From positions 347,634,001 to 347,698,000 of the forward strand of contig OZ024742.1 in assembly GCA_964016885.1 (NCBI GenBank): 64,000 nt of DNA. The letters are read 5' to 3'. This DNA is from Eledone cirrhosa (Eukaryota). A model generated the notes under the pieces. The model saw only the letters and a list, made by a program, of their open reading frames with translations, searched no databases and was not told the origin of the DNA. Shown piece after piece: positions 26,501 to 40,263 of this stretch (positions within the stretch are counted from its first letter, which is position 1; every line of letters starts with the position of its first letter). The position numbers were made by a program, and so were the translations under genes.

Positions 26501-29500
26501 CAGAGTGTACTGGGTGTGTTTTATCATTGGTACCAGCACTACCACTTTACAGGGTGTACTGGGTGTGTTTTATAATTGGTACCAGCACTACCACTTTACA
26601 GGGTGTACTGGGTGTGTTTTATCATTGGTACCTGCACTACCACTTTACAGGGTGTACTGGGTGTGTTTTATCATTGGTACCAGCACTACCACTTTACAGG
26701 GTGTACTGGGTGTGTTTTACCATTGGTACCAGCACTACCACTTTACAGGGTGTACTGGGTGTGTTTTATCATTGGAACCAGCACTACCACTTTACAGGGT
26801 GTACTGGGTGTGTTTTATAATTGGTACCAGCACTAACACTTTACAGGGTGTACTGGGTGTGTTTTATATTTGGCACCAGCACTACCACTTTACAGGGTGT
26901 ACTGCGTGTGTTTTATAATTGGTACCAACACTACCACTTTACAGGGTGTACTGCGTGTGTTTTATATTTGGCACCAGCACTACCATTTTACAGGGTGTAC
27001 TGGGTGTGTTTTATAATTGGTACCAACACTACCACTTTACAGGGTGTACTGGGTGTGTTTTATATTTGGCACCAGCACTACCACTTTACAGGGTGTACTG
27101 GGTGTGTTTTATAATTGGCACCAGCAATACCAATTTACAGGGTGTACTGGGTGTGTTTTATCATTGGCACCAGCACTACCACTTTACAGGGTGTACTGCG
27201 TGTGTTTTATAATTGGTACCAGCACTACCACTTTACAGGGTGTACTGGGTGTATTTTATATTTGGCACCAGCACTACCACTTTACAAGGGTGTACTGGGT
27301 GTGTTTTATATTTGGCACCAGCACTACCACTTTACAGGGTGTACTGGGTGTGTTTTATAATTGGTACCAACACTACCACTTTACAGGGTGTACTGGGTGT
27401 GTTTTATAATTGGTACCAACACTACCACTTTACAGGGTGTACTGGGTGTGTTTTATAATTGGTACCGACACTACCACTTTACAGGGTGTACTGGGTGTGT
27501 TTTATCATTGGTACCAACACTACCACTTCACAGGGTGTATTGGGTGTGTTTTATCATTGGTACCAGTACTACCACTTTACATGGTGTACTGGGTGTGTTT
27601 TATAATTGGTACCAGCACTACCACTTTACAGGGTGTACTGGGTGTGTTTTACAATTGGCACCAGCACTACCACTTTACAGAGTGTACTGGGTGTGTTTTA
27701 TCATTGACACCAGCACTATCACTTTACAGGGTGTACTGGGTGTGTTTTATAATTGGTACCAACACTACCACTTTACAGGGTGTACTGGGTGTGTTTTATA
27801 ATTGGTACCAGCACTACCACTTTACAGGGTGTGTTTTATAATTGGCACCAGCACTACCACTTTACAGAGTGTACTGGGTGTGTTTTATCATTGGTACCAG
27901 CACTACCACTTTACAGGGTGTACTGGGTGTGTTTTATAATTGGTACCAGCACTACCACTTTACAGAGTGTACTGGGTGTGTTTTATCATTGGTACCAGCA
28001 CTACCACTTTACAGGGTGTACTGGGTGTGTTTTATAATTGGTACCAGCACTACCACTTTACAGGGTGTACTGGGTGTGTTTTATCATTGGTACCAACACT
28101 ACCACTTTACAGGATGTACTGGGTGCGTTTTATCATTGGTACCAGCACTACCACTTTACAGGGTGTACTGGGTGTATTTTATCATTGGTACCAGCACTAC
28201 CACTTTACAGGGTGTACTGGGTGTGTTTTATCATTGGTACCAGCACTACCACTTTACAGGGTGTACTGGGTGTGTTTTATCATTGGAACCAGCACTACCA
28301 CTTTACAGGGTGTACTGGGTGTGTTTTATAATTGGTACCAGCACTAACACTTTACAGGGTGTACTGGGTGTGTTTTATATTTGGCACCAGCACTACCACT
28401 TTACAGGGTGTACTGCGTGTGTTTTATAATTGGTACCAACACTACCACTTTACAGGGTGTACTGCGTGTGTTTTATATTTGGCACCAGCACTACCATTTT
28501 ACAGGGTGTACTGGGTGTGTTTTATAATTGGTACCAACACTACCACTTTACAGGGTGTACTGGGTGTGTTTTATATTTGGCACCAGCACTACCACTTTAC
28601 AGGGTGTACTGGGTGTGTTTTATAATTGGCACCAGCAATACCACTTTACAGGGTGTACTGGGTGTGTTTTATCATTGGCACCAGCACTACCACTTTACAG
28701 GGTGTACTGCGTGTGTTTTATAATTGGTACCAGCACTACCACTTTACAGGGTGTACTGGGTGTATTTTATATTTGGCACCAGCACTACCACTTTACAAGG
28801 GTGTACTGGGTGTGTTTTATATTTGGTACCAACACTACCACTTTACAGGGTGTACTGGGTGTGTTTTATATTTGGTACCAACACTACCACTTTACAGGGT
28901 GTACTGGGTGTGTTTTATAATTGGTACCAGCACTACCACTTTACAGAGTGTACTGGGTGTGTTTTATCATTGGTACCAGCACTACCACTTTACAGGGTGT
29001 ACTGGGTGTGTTTTATAATTGGTACCAGCACTACCACTTTACAGGGTGTACTGCGTGTGTTTTATCATTGGTACCAACACTACCACTTTACAGGATGTAC
29101 TGGGTGTGTTTTATCATTGGTACCAGCACTACCACTTTACAGGGTGTACTGGGTGTGTTTTATCATTGGTACCAGCACTACCACTTTACAGGGTGTACTT
29201 GGTGTGTTTTATCATTGGTACCAGCACTACCACTTTACAGGGTGTACTGGGTGTGTTTTATCATTGGAACCAGCACTACCACTTTACAGGGTGTACTGGG
29301 TGTGTTTTATAATTGGTACCAGCACTAACACTTTACAGGGTGTACTGGGTGTGTTTTATATTTGGCACCAGCACTACCACTTTACAGGGTGTACTGCGTG
29401 TGTTTTATAATTGGTACCAACACTACCACTTTACAGGGTGTACTGCGTGTGTTTTATATTTGGCACCAGCACTACCATTTTACAGGGTGTACTGGGTGTG

Positions 29501-32500
29501 TTTTATAATTGGTACCAACACTAACACTTTACAGGGTGTACTGGGTGTGTTTTATATTTGGCACCAGCACTACCACTTTACAGGGTGTACTGGGTGTGTT
29601 TTATAATTGGCACCAGCAATACCACTTTACAGGGTGTACTGGGTGTGTTTTATCATTGGCACCAGCACTACCACTTTACAGGGTGTACTGCGTGTGTTTT
29701 ATAATTGGTACCAGCACTACCACTTTACAGGGTGTACTGGGTGTATTTTATATTTGGCACCAGCACTACCACTTTACAAGGGTGTACTGGGTGTGTTTTA
29801 TATTTGGCACCAGCACTACCACTTTACAGGGTGTACTGGGTGTGTTTTATAATTGGTACCAGCACTACCACTTTACAGGGTGTACTGGGTGTGTTTTATA
29901 TTTGGCACCAGCACTACCACTTTACAGGGTGTACTGGGTGTGTTTTATAATTGGTACCAACACTACCACTTTACAGGGTGTACTGGGTGTGTTTTATAAT
30001 TGGTACCAACACTACCACTTTACAGGGTGTACTGGGTGTGTTTTATAATTGGTACCAACACTATCACTTTACAGGGTGTACTGGGTGTGTTTTATAATTG
30101 GTACCAACACTACCACTTTACAGGGTGTACTGGGTGTGTTTTATAATTGGTACCAGCACTACCACTTTACAGGGTGTGTTTTATAATTGGCACCAGCACT
30201 ACCACTTTACAGAGTGTACTGGGTGTGTTTTATCATTGGTACCAGCACTACCACTTTACAGGGTGTACTGCGTGTGTTTTATAATTGGTACCAGCACTAC
30301 CACTTTACAGGGTGTACTGGGTGTGTTTTATATTTGGCACCAGCACTACCACTTTACAGGGTGTACTGGGTGTGTTTTATAATTGGTACCAACACTACCA
30401 CTTTACAGGGTGTACTGGGTGTGTTTTATAATTGGTACCAACACTACCACTTTACAGGGTGTACTGGGTGTGTTTTATAATTGGTACCAACACTATCACT
30501 TTACAGGGTGTACTGGGTGTGTTTTATAATTGGTACCAACACTACCACTTTACAGGGTGTACTGGGTGTGTTTTATAATTGGCACCAGCAATACCACTTT
30601 ACAGGGTGTACTGGGTGTGTTTTATCATTGGCACCAGCACTACCACTTTACAGGGTGTACTGCGTGTGTTTTATAATTGGTACCAGCACTACCACTTTAC
30701 AGGGTGTACTGGGTGTATTTTATATTTGGCACCAGCACTACCACTTTACAAGGGTGTACTGGGTGTGTTTTATATTTGGCACCAGCACTACCACTTTACA
30801 GGGTGTACTGGGTGTGTTTTATAATTGGTACCAACACTACCACTTCACAGGGTGTACTGGGTGTGTTTTATAATTGGTACCAACACTACCACTTTACAGG
30901 GTGTACTGGGTGTGTTTTATAATTGGTACCGACACTACCACTTTACAGGGTGTACTGGGTGTGTTTTATCATTGGTACCAACACTACCACTTTACAGGGT
31001 GTACTGGGTGTGTTTTATAATTGGTACCAGTACTACCACTTTACATGGTGTACTGGGTGTGTTTTATAATTGGTACCAGCACTACCACTTTACAGGGTGT
31101 ACTGGGTGTGTTTTATAATTGGTACCAACACTATCACTTTACAGGGTGTACTGGGTGTGTTTTATAATTGGTACCAGCACTACCACTTTACAGGGTGTAC
31201 TGGGTGTGTTTTATAATTGGTACCGACACTACCACTTTACAGGGTGTACTGGGTGTGTTTTATCATTGGTACCAACACTACCACTTTACAGGGTGTATTG
31301 GGTGTGTTTTATCATTGGTACCAGTACTACCACTTTACATGGTGTACTGGGTGTGTTTTATAATTGGTACCAGCACTACCACTTTACAGGGTGTACTGGG
31401 CGTGTTTTACAATTGGCACCAGCACTACCACTTTACAGAGTGTACTGGGTGTGTTTTATCATTGACACCAACACTATCACTTTACAGGGTGTACTGGGTG
31501 TGTTTTATAATTGGTACCAACACTACCACTTTACAGGGTGTACTGGGTGTGTTTTATAATTGGTACCAGCACTACCACTTTACAGGGTGTGTTTTATAAT
31601 TGGTACCAGCACTACCACTTTACAGGGTGTACTGCGTGTGTTTTATAATTGGTACCAGCACTACCACTTTACAGGGTGTACTGGGTGTGTTTTATATTTG
31701 GCACCAGCACTACCACTTTACAGGGTGTACTGGGTGTGTTTTATAATTGGTACCAACACTACCACTTTACAGGGTGTACTGGGTGTGTTTTATAATTGGT
31801 ACCAACACTACCACTTTACAGGGTGTACTGGGTGTGTTTTATAATTGGTACCAACACTATCACTTTACAGGGTGTACTGGGTGTGTTTTATAATTGGTAC
31901 CAACACTACCACTTTACAGGGTGTACTGGGTGTGTTTTATAATTGGTACCAGCACTACCACTTTACAGGGTGTGTTTTATAATTGGCACCAGCACTACCA
32001 CTTTACAGAGTGTACTGGGTGTGTTTTATCATTGGTACCAGCACTACCACTTTACAGGGTGTACTGCGTGTGTTTTATAATTGGTACCAGCACTACCACT
32101 TTACAGGGTGTACTGGGTGTGTTTTATATTTGGCACCAGCACTACCACTTTACAGGGTGTACTGGGTGTGTTTTATATTTGGCACCAGCACTACCAATTT
32201 ACAGGGTGTACTGGGTGTGTTTTATCATTGGTACCAACACTACCACTTTACAGGGTGTACTGGGTGTCTTTTATAATTGGTACCAACACCACCACTTTAC
32301 AGGGTGTACTGGGTGTGTTTTATCATTGGTACCAGCACTACCACGTTACAGGGTGTACTGGGTGTGTTTTATCATTGGTACCAGCACTACCACATTACAG
32401 GGTGTACTGGGTGTGTTTTATAATTGGTACCAGCACTAACACTTTACAGGGTGTACTGGGTGTGTTTTATATTTGGCACCAGCACTACCACTTTACAGGG

Positions 32501-35500
32501 TGTACTGCGTGTGTTTTATAATTGGTACCAACACTACCACTTTACAGGGTGTACTGGGTGTGTTTTATATTTGGCACCAGCACTACCATTTTACAGGGTG
32601 TACTGGGTGTGTTTTATAATTGGTACCACCACTACCACTTTACAGGGTGTACTGGGTGTGTTTTATAATTGGCACCAGCACTGCCACTTTACAGAGTGTA
32701 CTGGGTGTGTTTTATCATTGGCACCAGCACTACCACTTTACAGGGTGTACTGCGTGTGTTTTATAATTGGTACCAGCACTACCACTTTACAGGGTGTACT
32801 GGGTGTGTTTTATATTTGGCACCAGCACTACCAATTTACAGGGTGTACTGGGTGTGTTTTATAATTGGTACCAACACTACCACTTTACAGGGTGTACTGG
32901 GTGTGTTTTATAATTGGTACCAACACTACCACTTTACAGGGTGTACTGGGTGTGTTTTATAATTGGTACCAACACTACCACTTTACAGGGTGTACTGGGT
33001 GTGTTTTATAATTGGTACCAGCACTACCACTTTACAGGGTGTACTGGGTGTGTATTATCATTGGTACCAACACTACCACTTTACAGGGTGTACTGGGTGT
33101 GTTTTATAATTGGTACCAGCACTACCACTTTACAGGGTGTACTGGGTGTGTTTTATAATTGGTACCAACACTACCACTTTACAGGGTGTACTGGGTGTGT
33201 TTTATAATTGGCACCAGCACTGCCACTTTACAGAGTGTACTGGGTGTGTTTTATCATTGGCACCAGCACTACCACTTTACAGGGTGTACTGGGTGTGTTT
33301 TATATTTGGCACCAGCACTACCACTTTACAGGGTGTACTGGGTGTGTTTTATATTTGGCACCAGCACTACCAATTTACAGGGTGTACTGGGTGTGTTTTA
33401 TCATTGGTACCAACACTACCACTTTACAGGGTGTACTGGGTGTGTTTTATAATTGGTACCAACACTACCACTTTACAGGGTGTACTGGGTGTGTTTTATC
33501 ATTGGTACCAGCACTACCACGTTACAGGGTGTACTGGGTGTGTTTTATCATTGGTACCAGCACTACCACATTACAGGGTGTACTGGGTGTGTTTTATAAT
33601 TGGTACCAGCACTAACACTTTACAGGGTGTACTGGGTTTTTTTTATATTTGGCACCAGCACTACCACTTTACAGGGTGTACTGCGTGTGTTTTATAATTG
33701 GTACCAACACTACCACTTTACGGGGTGTACTGGGTGTGTTTTATATTTGGCACCAGCACTACCATTTTACAGGGTGTACTGGGTATGTTTTATAATTGGT
33801 ACCAACACTACCACTTTACAGGGTGTACTGGGTGTGTTTTATAATTGGCACCAGCACTACCACTTTACAGAGTGTACTGGGTGTGTTTTATCATTGGCAC
33901 CAGCACTACCACTTTACAGGGTGTACTGCGTGTGTTTTATAATTGGTACCAGCACTACCACTTTACAGGGTGTACTGGGTGTGTTTTATATTTGGCACCA
34001 GCACTACCAACTTACAGGGTGTACTGGGTGTGTTTTATAATTGGTACCAACACTACCACTTTACAGGGTGTACTGGGTGTGTTTTATAATTGGTACCAAC
34101 ACTACCACTTTACAGGGTGTACTGGGTGTGTTTTATAATTGGTACCAGCACTACCACTTTACAGGGTGTACTGGGTGTGTTTTATCATTGGTACCAACAC
34201 TACCACTTTACAGGGTGTATTGGGTGTGTTTTATCATTGGTACCAGCACTACCACTTTACAGGGTGTACTGGGTGTGTTTTATAATTGGTACCAGCACTA
34301 CCACTTTACAGGGTGTACTGGGTGTGTTTTATAATTGGCACCAGCACTACCACTTTACAGAGTGTACTGGGTGTGTTTTATCATTGGCACCAGCACTACC
34401 ACTTTACAGGGTATACTGCGTGAGTTTTATAATTGGTACCAGCACTACCACTTTACAGGGTGTACTGCGTGTGTTTTATAATTGGTACCAGCACTACCAC
34501 TTTACAGAGTGTACTGGGTGTGTTTTATCATTGGCACCAGCACTACCACTTTACAGGGTGTACTGGGTGTGTTTTATATTTGGCACCAGCACTACCACTT
34601 TACAGGGTGTACTGGGTGTGTTTTATATTTGGAACCAGCACTACCACTTTACAGGGTGTACTGGGTGTGTTTTATATTTGGCACCAGCACTACCACTTTA
34701 CAGGGTGTACTGCGTGTGTTTTATAATTGGTACCAGCACTACCACTTTACAGGGTGTACTGGGTGTGTTTTATATTTGGCACCAGCACTACCAACTTACA
34801 GGGTGTACTGGGTGTGTTTTATAATTGGTACCAACACTACCACTTTACAGGGTGTACTGGGTGTGTTTTATAATTGGTACCAACACTACCACTTTACAGG
34901 GTGTACTGGGTGTGTTTTATAATTGGTACCAGCACTACCACTTTACAGGGTGTACTGGGTGTGTTTTATCATTGGTACCAACACTACCAATTTACAGGCT
35001 GTATTGGGTGTGTTTTATCATTGGTACCAGCACTACCACTTTACAGGGTGTACTGGGTGTGTTTTATAATTGGTACCAGCACTACCACTTTACAGGGTGT
35101 ACTGGGTGTGTTTTATAATTGGCACCAGCACTACCACTTTACAGAGTGTACTGGGTGTGTTTTATCATTGGCACCAGCACTACCACTTTACAGGGTATAC
35201 TGCGTGAGTTTTATAATTGGTACCAGCACTACCACTTTACAGGGTGTACTGCGTGTGTTTTATAATTGGTACCAGCACTACCACTTTACAGAGTGTACTG
35301 GGTGTGTTTTATCATTGGCACCAGCACTACCACTTTACAGGGTGTACTGGGTGTGTTTTATATTTGGCACCAGCACTACCACTTTACAGGGTGTACTGGG
35401 TGTGTTTTATATTTGGAACCAGCACTACCACTTTACAGCGTGTACTGGGTGTGTTTTATAATTGGTACCAACACTACCACTTTACAGGGTGTACTGGGTG

Positions 35501-38500
35501 TGTTTTATAATTGGTACCAACACTACCACTTTACAGGGTGTACTGGGTGTGTTTTATAATTGGTACCAACACTACCTCTTTACAGGGTGTACTGGGTGTG
35601 TTTTATAATTGGTACCAGCACTACCACTTTACAGGGAGTACTGGGTGTGTTTTATCATTGGTACCAACACTACCACTTTACAGGATGTACTGGGTGTGTT
35701 TTATCATTGGTACCAGCACTACCACTTTACAGGGTGTACTGGGTGTGTTTTATAATTGGTACCAGCACTACCACTTTACAGGGTGTACTGGGTGTGTTTT
35801 ATAATTGGTACCAGCACTACCACTTTACAGGGTGTGTTTTATAATTGGCACCAGCACTACCACTTTACAGAGTGTACTGGGTGTGTTTTATCATTGGTAC
35901 CAGCACTACCACTTTACAGGGTGTACTGCGTGTGTTTTATAATTGGTACCAGCACTACCACTTTACAGGGTGTACTGGCTGTGTTTTATATTTGGCTCCA
36001 GCACTACCACTTTACAGGGTGTACTGGGTGTGTTTTATATTTGGCACCAGCACTACCAATTTACAGGGTGTACTGGGTGTGTTTTATCATTGGTACCAAC
36101 ACTACCACTTTACAGGGTGTACTGGGTGTGTTTTATAATTGGTACCAACACTACCACTTTACAGGGTGTACTGGGTGTGTTTTATCATTGGTACCAGCAC
36201 TACCACGTTACAGGGTGTACTGGGTGTGTTTTATCATTGGTACCAGCACTACCACATTACAGGGTGTACTGGGTGTGTTTTATAATTGGTACCAGCACTA
36301 ACACTTTACAGGGTGTACTGGGTGTGTTTTATATTTGGCTCCAGCACTACCACTTTACAGGGTGTATTGCGTGTGTTTTATAATTGGTACCAACACTACC
36401 ACTTTACAGGGTGTACTGGGTGTGTTTTATATTTGGCACCAGCACTACCATTTTACAGGGTGTACTGGGTATGTTTTATAATTGGTACCAACACTACCAC
36501 TTTACAGGGTGTACTGGGTGTGTTTTATATTTGGCACCAGCACTACCACTTTACAGGGTGTACTGGGTGTGTTTTATAATTGGCACCAGCACTACCACTT
36601 TACAGAGTGTACTGGGTGTGTTTTATCATTGGCACCAGCACTACCACTTTACAGGGTGTACTGGGTGTGTTTTATATTTGGCACCAGCACTACCAACTTA
36701 CAGGGTGTACTGGGTGTGTTTTATAATTGGTACCAACACTACCACTTTACAGGGTGTACTGGGTGTGTTTTATAATTGGTACCAACACTACCACTTTACA
36801 GGGTGTACTGGGTGTGTTTTATAATTGGTACCAACACTACCACTTTACAGGGTGTACTGGGTGTGTTTTATAATTGGTACCAGCACTACCACTTTACAGG
36901 GTGTACTGGGTGTGTTTTATCATTGGTACCAACACTACCACTTTACAGGGTGTATTGGGTGTGTTTTATCATTGGTACCAGCACTACCACTTTACAGGGT
37001 GTACTGGGTGTGTTTTATAATTGGTACCAGCACTACCACTTTACAGGGTGTACTGGGTGTGTTTTATAATTGGCACCAGCACTACCACTTTACAGAGTGT
37101 ACTGGGTGTGTTTTATCATTGGCACCAGCACTACCACTTTACAGGGTATACTGCGTGTGTTTTATAATTGGTACCAGCACTACCACTTTACAGGGTGTAC
37201 TGCGTGTGTTTTATAATTGGTACCAGCACTACCACTTTACAGAGTGTACTGGGTGTGTTTTATCATTGGCACCAGCACTACCACTTTACAGGGTGTACTG
37301 GGTGTGTTTTATATTTGGCACCAGCACTACCACTTTACAGGGTGTACTGGGTGTGTTTTATATTTGGCACCAGCACTACCACTTTACAGCGTGTACTGGG
37401 TGTGTTTTATAATTGGTACCAACACTACCACTTTACAGGGTGTACTGGGTGTGTTTTATAATTGGTACCAACACTACCACTTTACAGGGTGTACTGGGTG
37501 TGTTTTATAATTGGTACCAACACTACCACTTTACAGGGTGTACTGGGTGTGTTTTATAATTGGTACCAGCACTACCACTTTACAGGGAGTACTGGGTGTG
37601 TTTTATCATTGGTACCAACACTACCACTTTACAGGGTGTATTGGGTGTGTTTTATCATTGGTACCAGCACTACCACTTTACAGGGTGTACTGGGTGTGTT
37701 TTATAATTGGTACCAGCACTACCACTTTACAGGGTGTGTTTTATAATTGGCACCAGCACTACCACTTTACAGAGTGTACTGGGTGTGTTTTATCATTGGT
37801 ACCAGCACTACCACTTTACAGGGTGTACTGCGTGTGTTTTATAATTGGTACCAGCACTACCACTTTACAGGGTGTACTGGGTGTGTTTTATATTTGGCAC
37901 CAGCACTACCACTTTACAGGGTGTACTGGGTGTGTTTTATATTTGGCACCAGCACTACCAATTTACAGGGTGTACTGGGTGTGTTTTATCATTGGTACCA
38001 ACACCACCACTTTACAGGGTGTACTGGGTGTGTTTTATAATTGGTACCAACACTACCACTTTACAGGGTGTACTGGGTGTGTTTTATAATTGGTACCAGC
38101 ACTACCACTTTACAGGGTGTACTGGGTGTGTTTTATCATTGGTACCAACACTACCACTTTACAGGGTGTACTGGGTGTGTTTTATAATTGGTACCAACAC
38201 TACCACTTTACAGGGTGTACTGGGTGTGTTTTATCATTGGTACCAACACTACCACTTTACAGGGTGTATTGGGTGTGTTTTATCATTGGTACCAGCACTA
38301 CCACTTTACAGGATGTACTAGGTGTGTTTTATCATTGGTACCAGCACTACCACTTTACAGGGTGTACTGGGTGTGTTTTATAATTGATACCAACACTACC
38401 ACTTTACAGGGTGTACTGGGTGTGTTTTATAATTGGCACCAGCACTACCACTTTACAGGGTGTACTGGGTGTGTTTTATCATTGGTACCAGCACTACCAC

Positions 38501-39179
38501 TTTACAGGGTGTACTGGGTGTGTTTTATCATTGGTACCACCACTACCACTTTACAGGGTGTACTGGGTGTGTTTTATAATTGGTACCAGCACTACCACTT
38601 TACAGGGTGTACTGGGTGTGTTTTATAATTGGTACCAGCACTACCACTTTACAGGGTGTACTGGGTGTGTTTTATAATTGGTACCAACACTACCACTTTA
38701 CAGGGTGTACTGGGTGTGTTTTATAATTGGTACCAACACTACCACTTTACAGGGTGTACTGGGTGTGTTTTATAATTGGTACCAGCACTACCACTTTACA
38801 GGGTGTACTGGGTGTGTTTTATAATTGGTACCAACACTACCACTTTACAGGGTGTACTGGGTGTGTTTTATAATTGGTACCAACACTACCACTTTACAGG
38901 GTGTACTGGGTGTGTTTTATAATTGGTACCAACACTACCACTTTACAGGGTGTACTGGGTGTGTTTTATAATTGGTACCAGCACTACCACTTTACAGGGT
39001 GTACTGGGTGTGTTTTATAATTGGTACCAACACTACCACTTTACAGGGTGTACTGGGTGTGTTTTATCATTGGTACCAACACTACCACTTTACAGGGTGT
39101 ACTGCGTGTGTTTTATAATTGGTACCAACACTACCACTTTACAGGGTGTACTGGGTGTGTTTTATAATTGGTACCAACA
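8530..39179. repeat. 49-bp tandem satellite, ~30.6 kb, ~625 units
   Basis: Consensus ttggtaccagcactaccactttacagggtgtactgggtgtgttttat(c/a)a, head-to-tail with no inversion. Rare 50-, 46- and 40-bp variants. Confidence 0.99.
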
Positions 39180-39444
39180 AGATAATTCTTAGAAAATAAG
39201 ATATACATCATCTCAAAACTTATTGTCTGTAAACACTGAAAGTTACACATTAATTAGTAAAAATATGTATGTATATATGGTCCCATAACTCCAGGGGAAG
39301 TTGTAGGGGCACTATATTGACATACAGCCCATCCCTTTCCAGGCCTGTGTACAGCAGATTTCTTCCAGAGAAAGATAAAAAGTGAAAGGAAATGAGAAAG
39401 AGATATAGAGAGAGAATTTACCCTAGTACTAGAGTAGTAGTTTT

Positions 39445-39547
39445 TTTTATCAACCTCGATGGGATTTGAACTCCGTGAGCAGAGAGCTGTAACAAATACC
39501 ATAAAGCATTCTATCCAACGTTCTGAAGACTCTGCCAATTTGCCGCT
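39445..39547 (-). mobile_element. tRNA-derived SINE head (Pol III A/B boxes), degenerate
   Basis: Minus strand gcggcaaatTGGCAGAGTCTTCAG...GAGTTCAAATCCCatcgaggttgat, with A-box-like and B-box-like motifs. Confidence 0.6.
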
Positions 39548-39947
39548 GTAAAATAATATAAATGTCGATAATTTCTGTTTACAAATCTGTGTTTGGATTG
39601 TTCAATCAATGACAAATATTGTGATAAAGTAATCGACCAATTACAATAGCAGCTATATTATATGGTTGATGACCGATGTGTTAGTGTCTGCAGGAGTACT
39701 TTACCCAATTTTCTCAACTTTTACTTAAGAGTTATTGATTATAATTATGATCAATTTGCATTGAAAGGCACACATTTCAAATTTCAAACTTTTGCAATGC
39801 TTCTCAAATCAACTGCTTTGTTCATATATCATCATCACCATCATTCCTATTTCACACCCGCTTTTCAATGCTGGTTTCACAAGTCTCATGATTTTCAAAT
39901 GTCAAGAGAGATGGAAAAATGTGTGGCTATGCTGATTTGAGTTAAAA

Positions 39948-39987
<40 letters not shown>

Positions 39988-39989
<2 letters not shown>

Positions 39990-40197
39990 GATAACAAATT
40001 ATCATTATAGGTAATCCAGTTAGAGGTTGTGAATACTCCGTATTGTGGATAGTTTTAATGTACGGCGTTGTTTGACTCAACGAGTGACACAACTTCAAGT
40101 GATTAGCAATTTTTAGACACCCTAATCAATGAAACAATTGTTAATACTGTAAATAATGCCCTTTTTGTACTGTTGACCATATTCTTCACTCTTTCAC
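39988..40197 (+). mobile_element. Family A cassette, internally deleted copy
   Basis: Homologous to 2298-2657 but lacking ~2389-2538. Retains cctaatcaa-t-GAAAC-aatt-GTT-aatactg. (TA)n on both sides. Confidence 0.8.
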
Positions 40198-40210
40198 TAT
40201 ATATATATAT

Positions 40211-40263
40211 CTTGCAAGCAGGGAAAAAGCGGACGTAAAATGAAATGATGATGATGATGATGA
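40211..40263 (+). mobile_element. Extreme 3' terminus of SINE/RTE tail
   Basis: cttgcaagcagggaaaaagcggacgtaaaatgaaatgatgatgat is near-identical to 49961-50003. Sits inside (TA)n. Confidence 0.8.

Noticed and set aside
8530-39179. CRISPR-like array
   Set aside because: Units are contiguous near-identical monomers with no unique spacers, there are no cas genes, and the context is eukaryotic.
8564-39192. Hundreds of overlapping + strand ORFs (VPALPLYRVYWVCFIIGTSTTTLQGVLGVFYHWYQHYHFTGCTGCVLSL repeats)
   Set aside because: Artefact of a 49-bp unit cycling through three frames. Stops appear wherever the tataa variant occurs, frames are equivalent, and there is no codon-level constraint.
39445-39547. 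Idea that this SINE head and the tail at 8361 are one SINE inflated by the satellite
   Set aside because: Same orientation, but ~265 bp of unrelated sequence separates head and array, no CORE block is visible, and the head differs from the 49667 SINE type.
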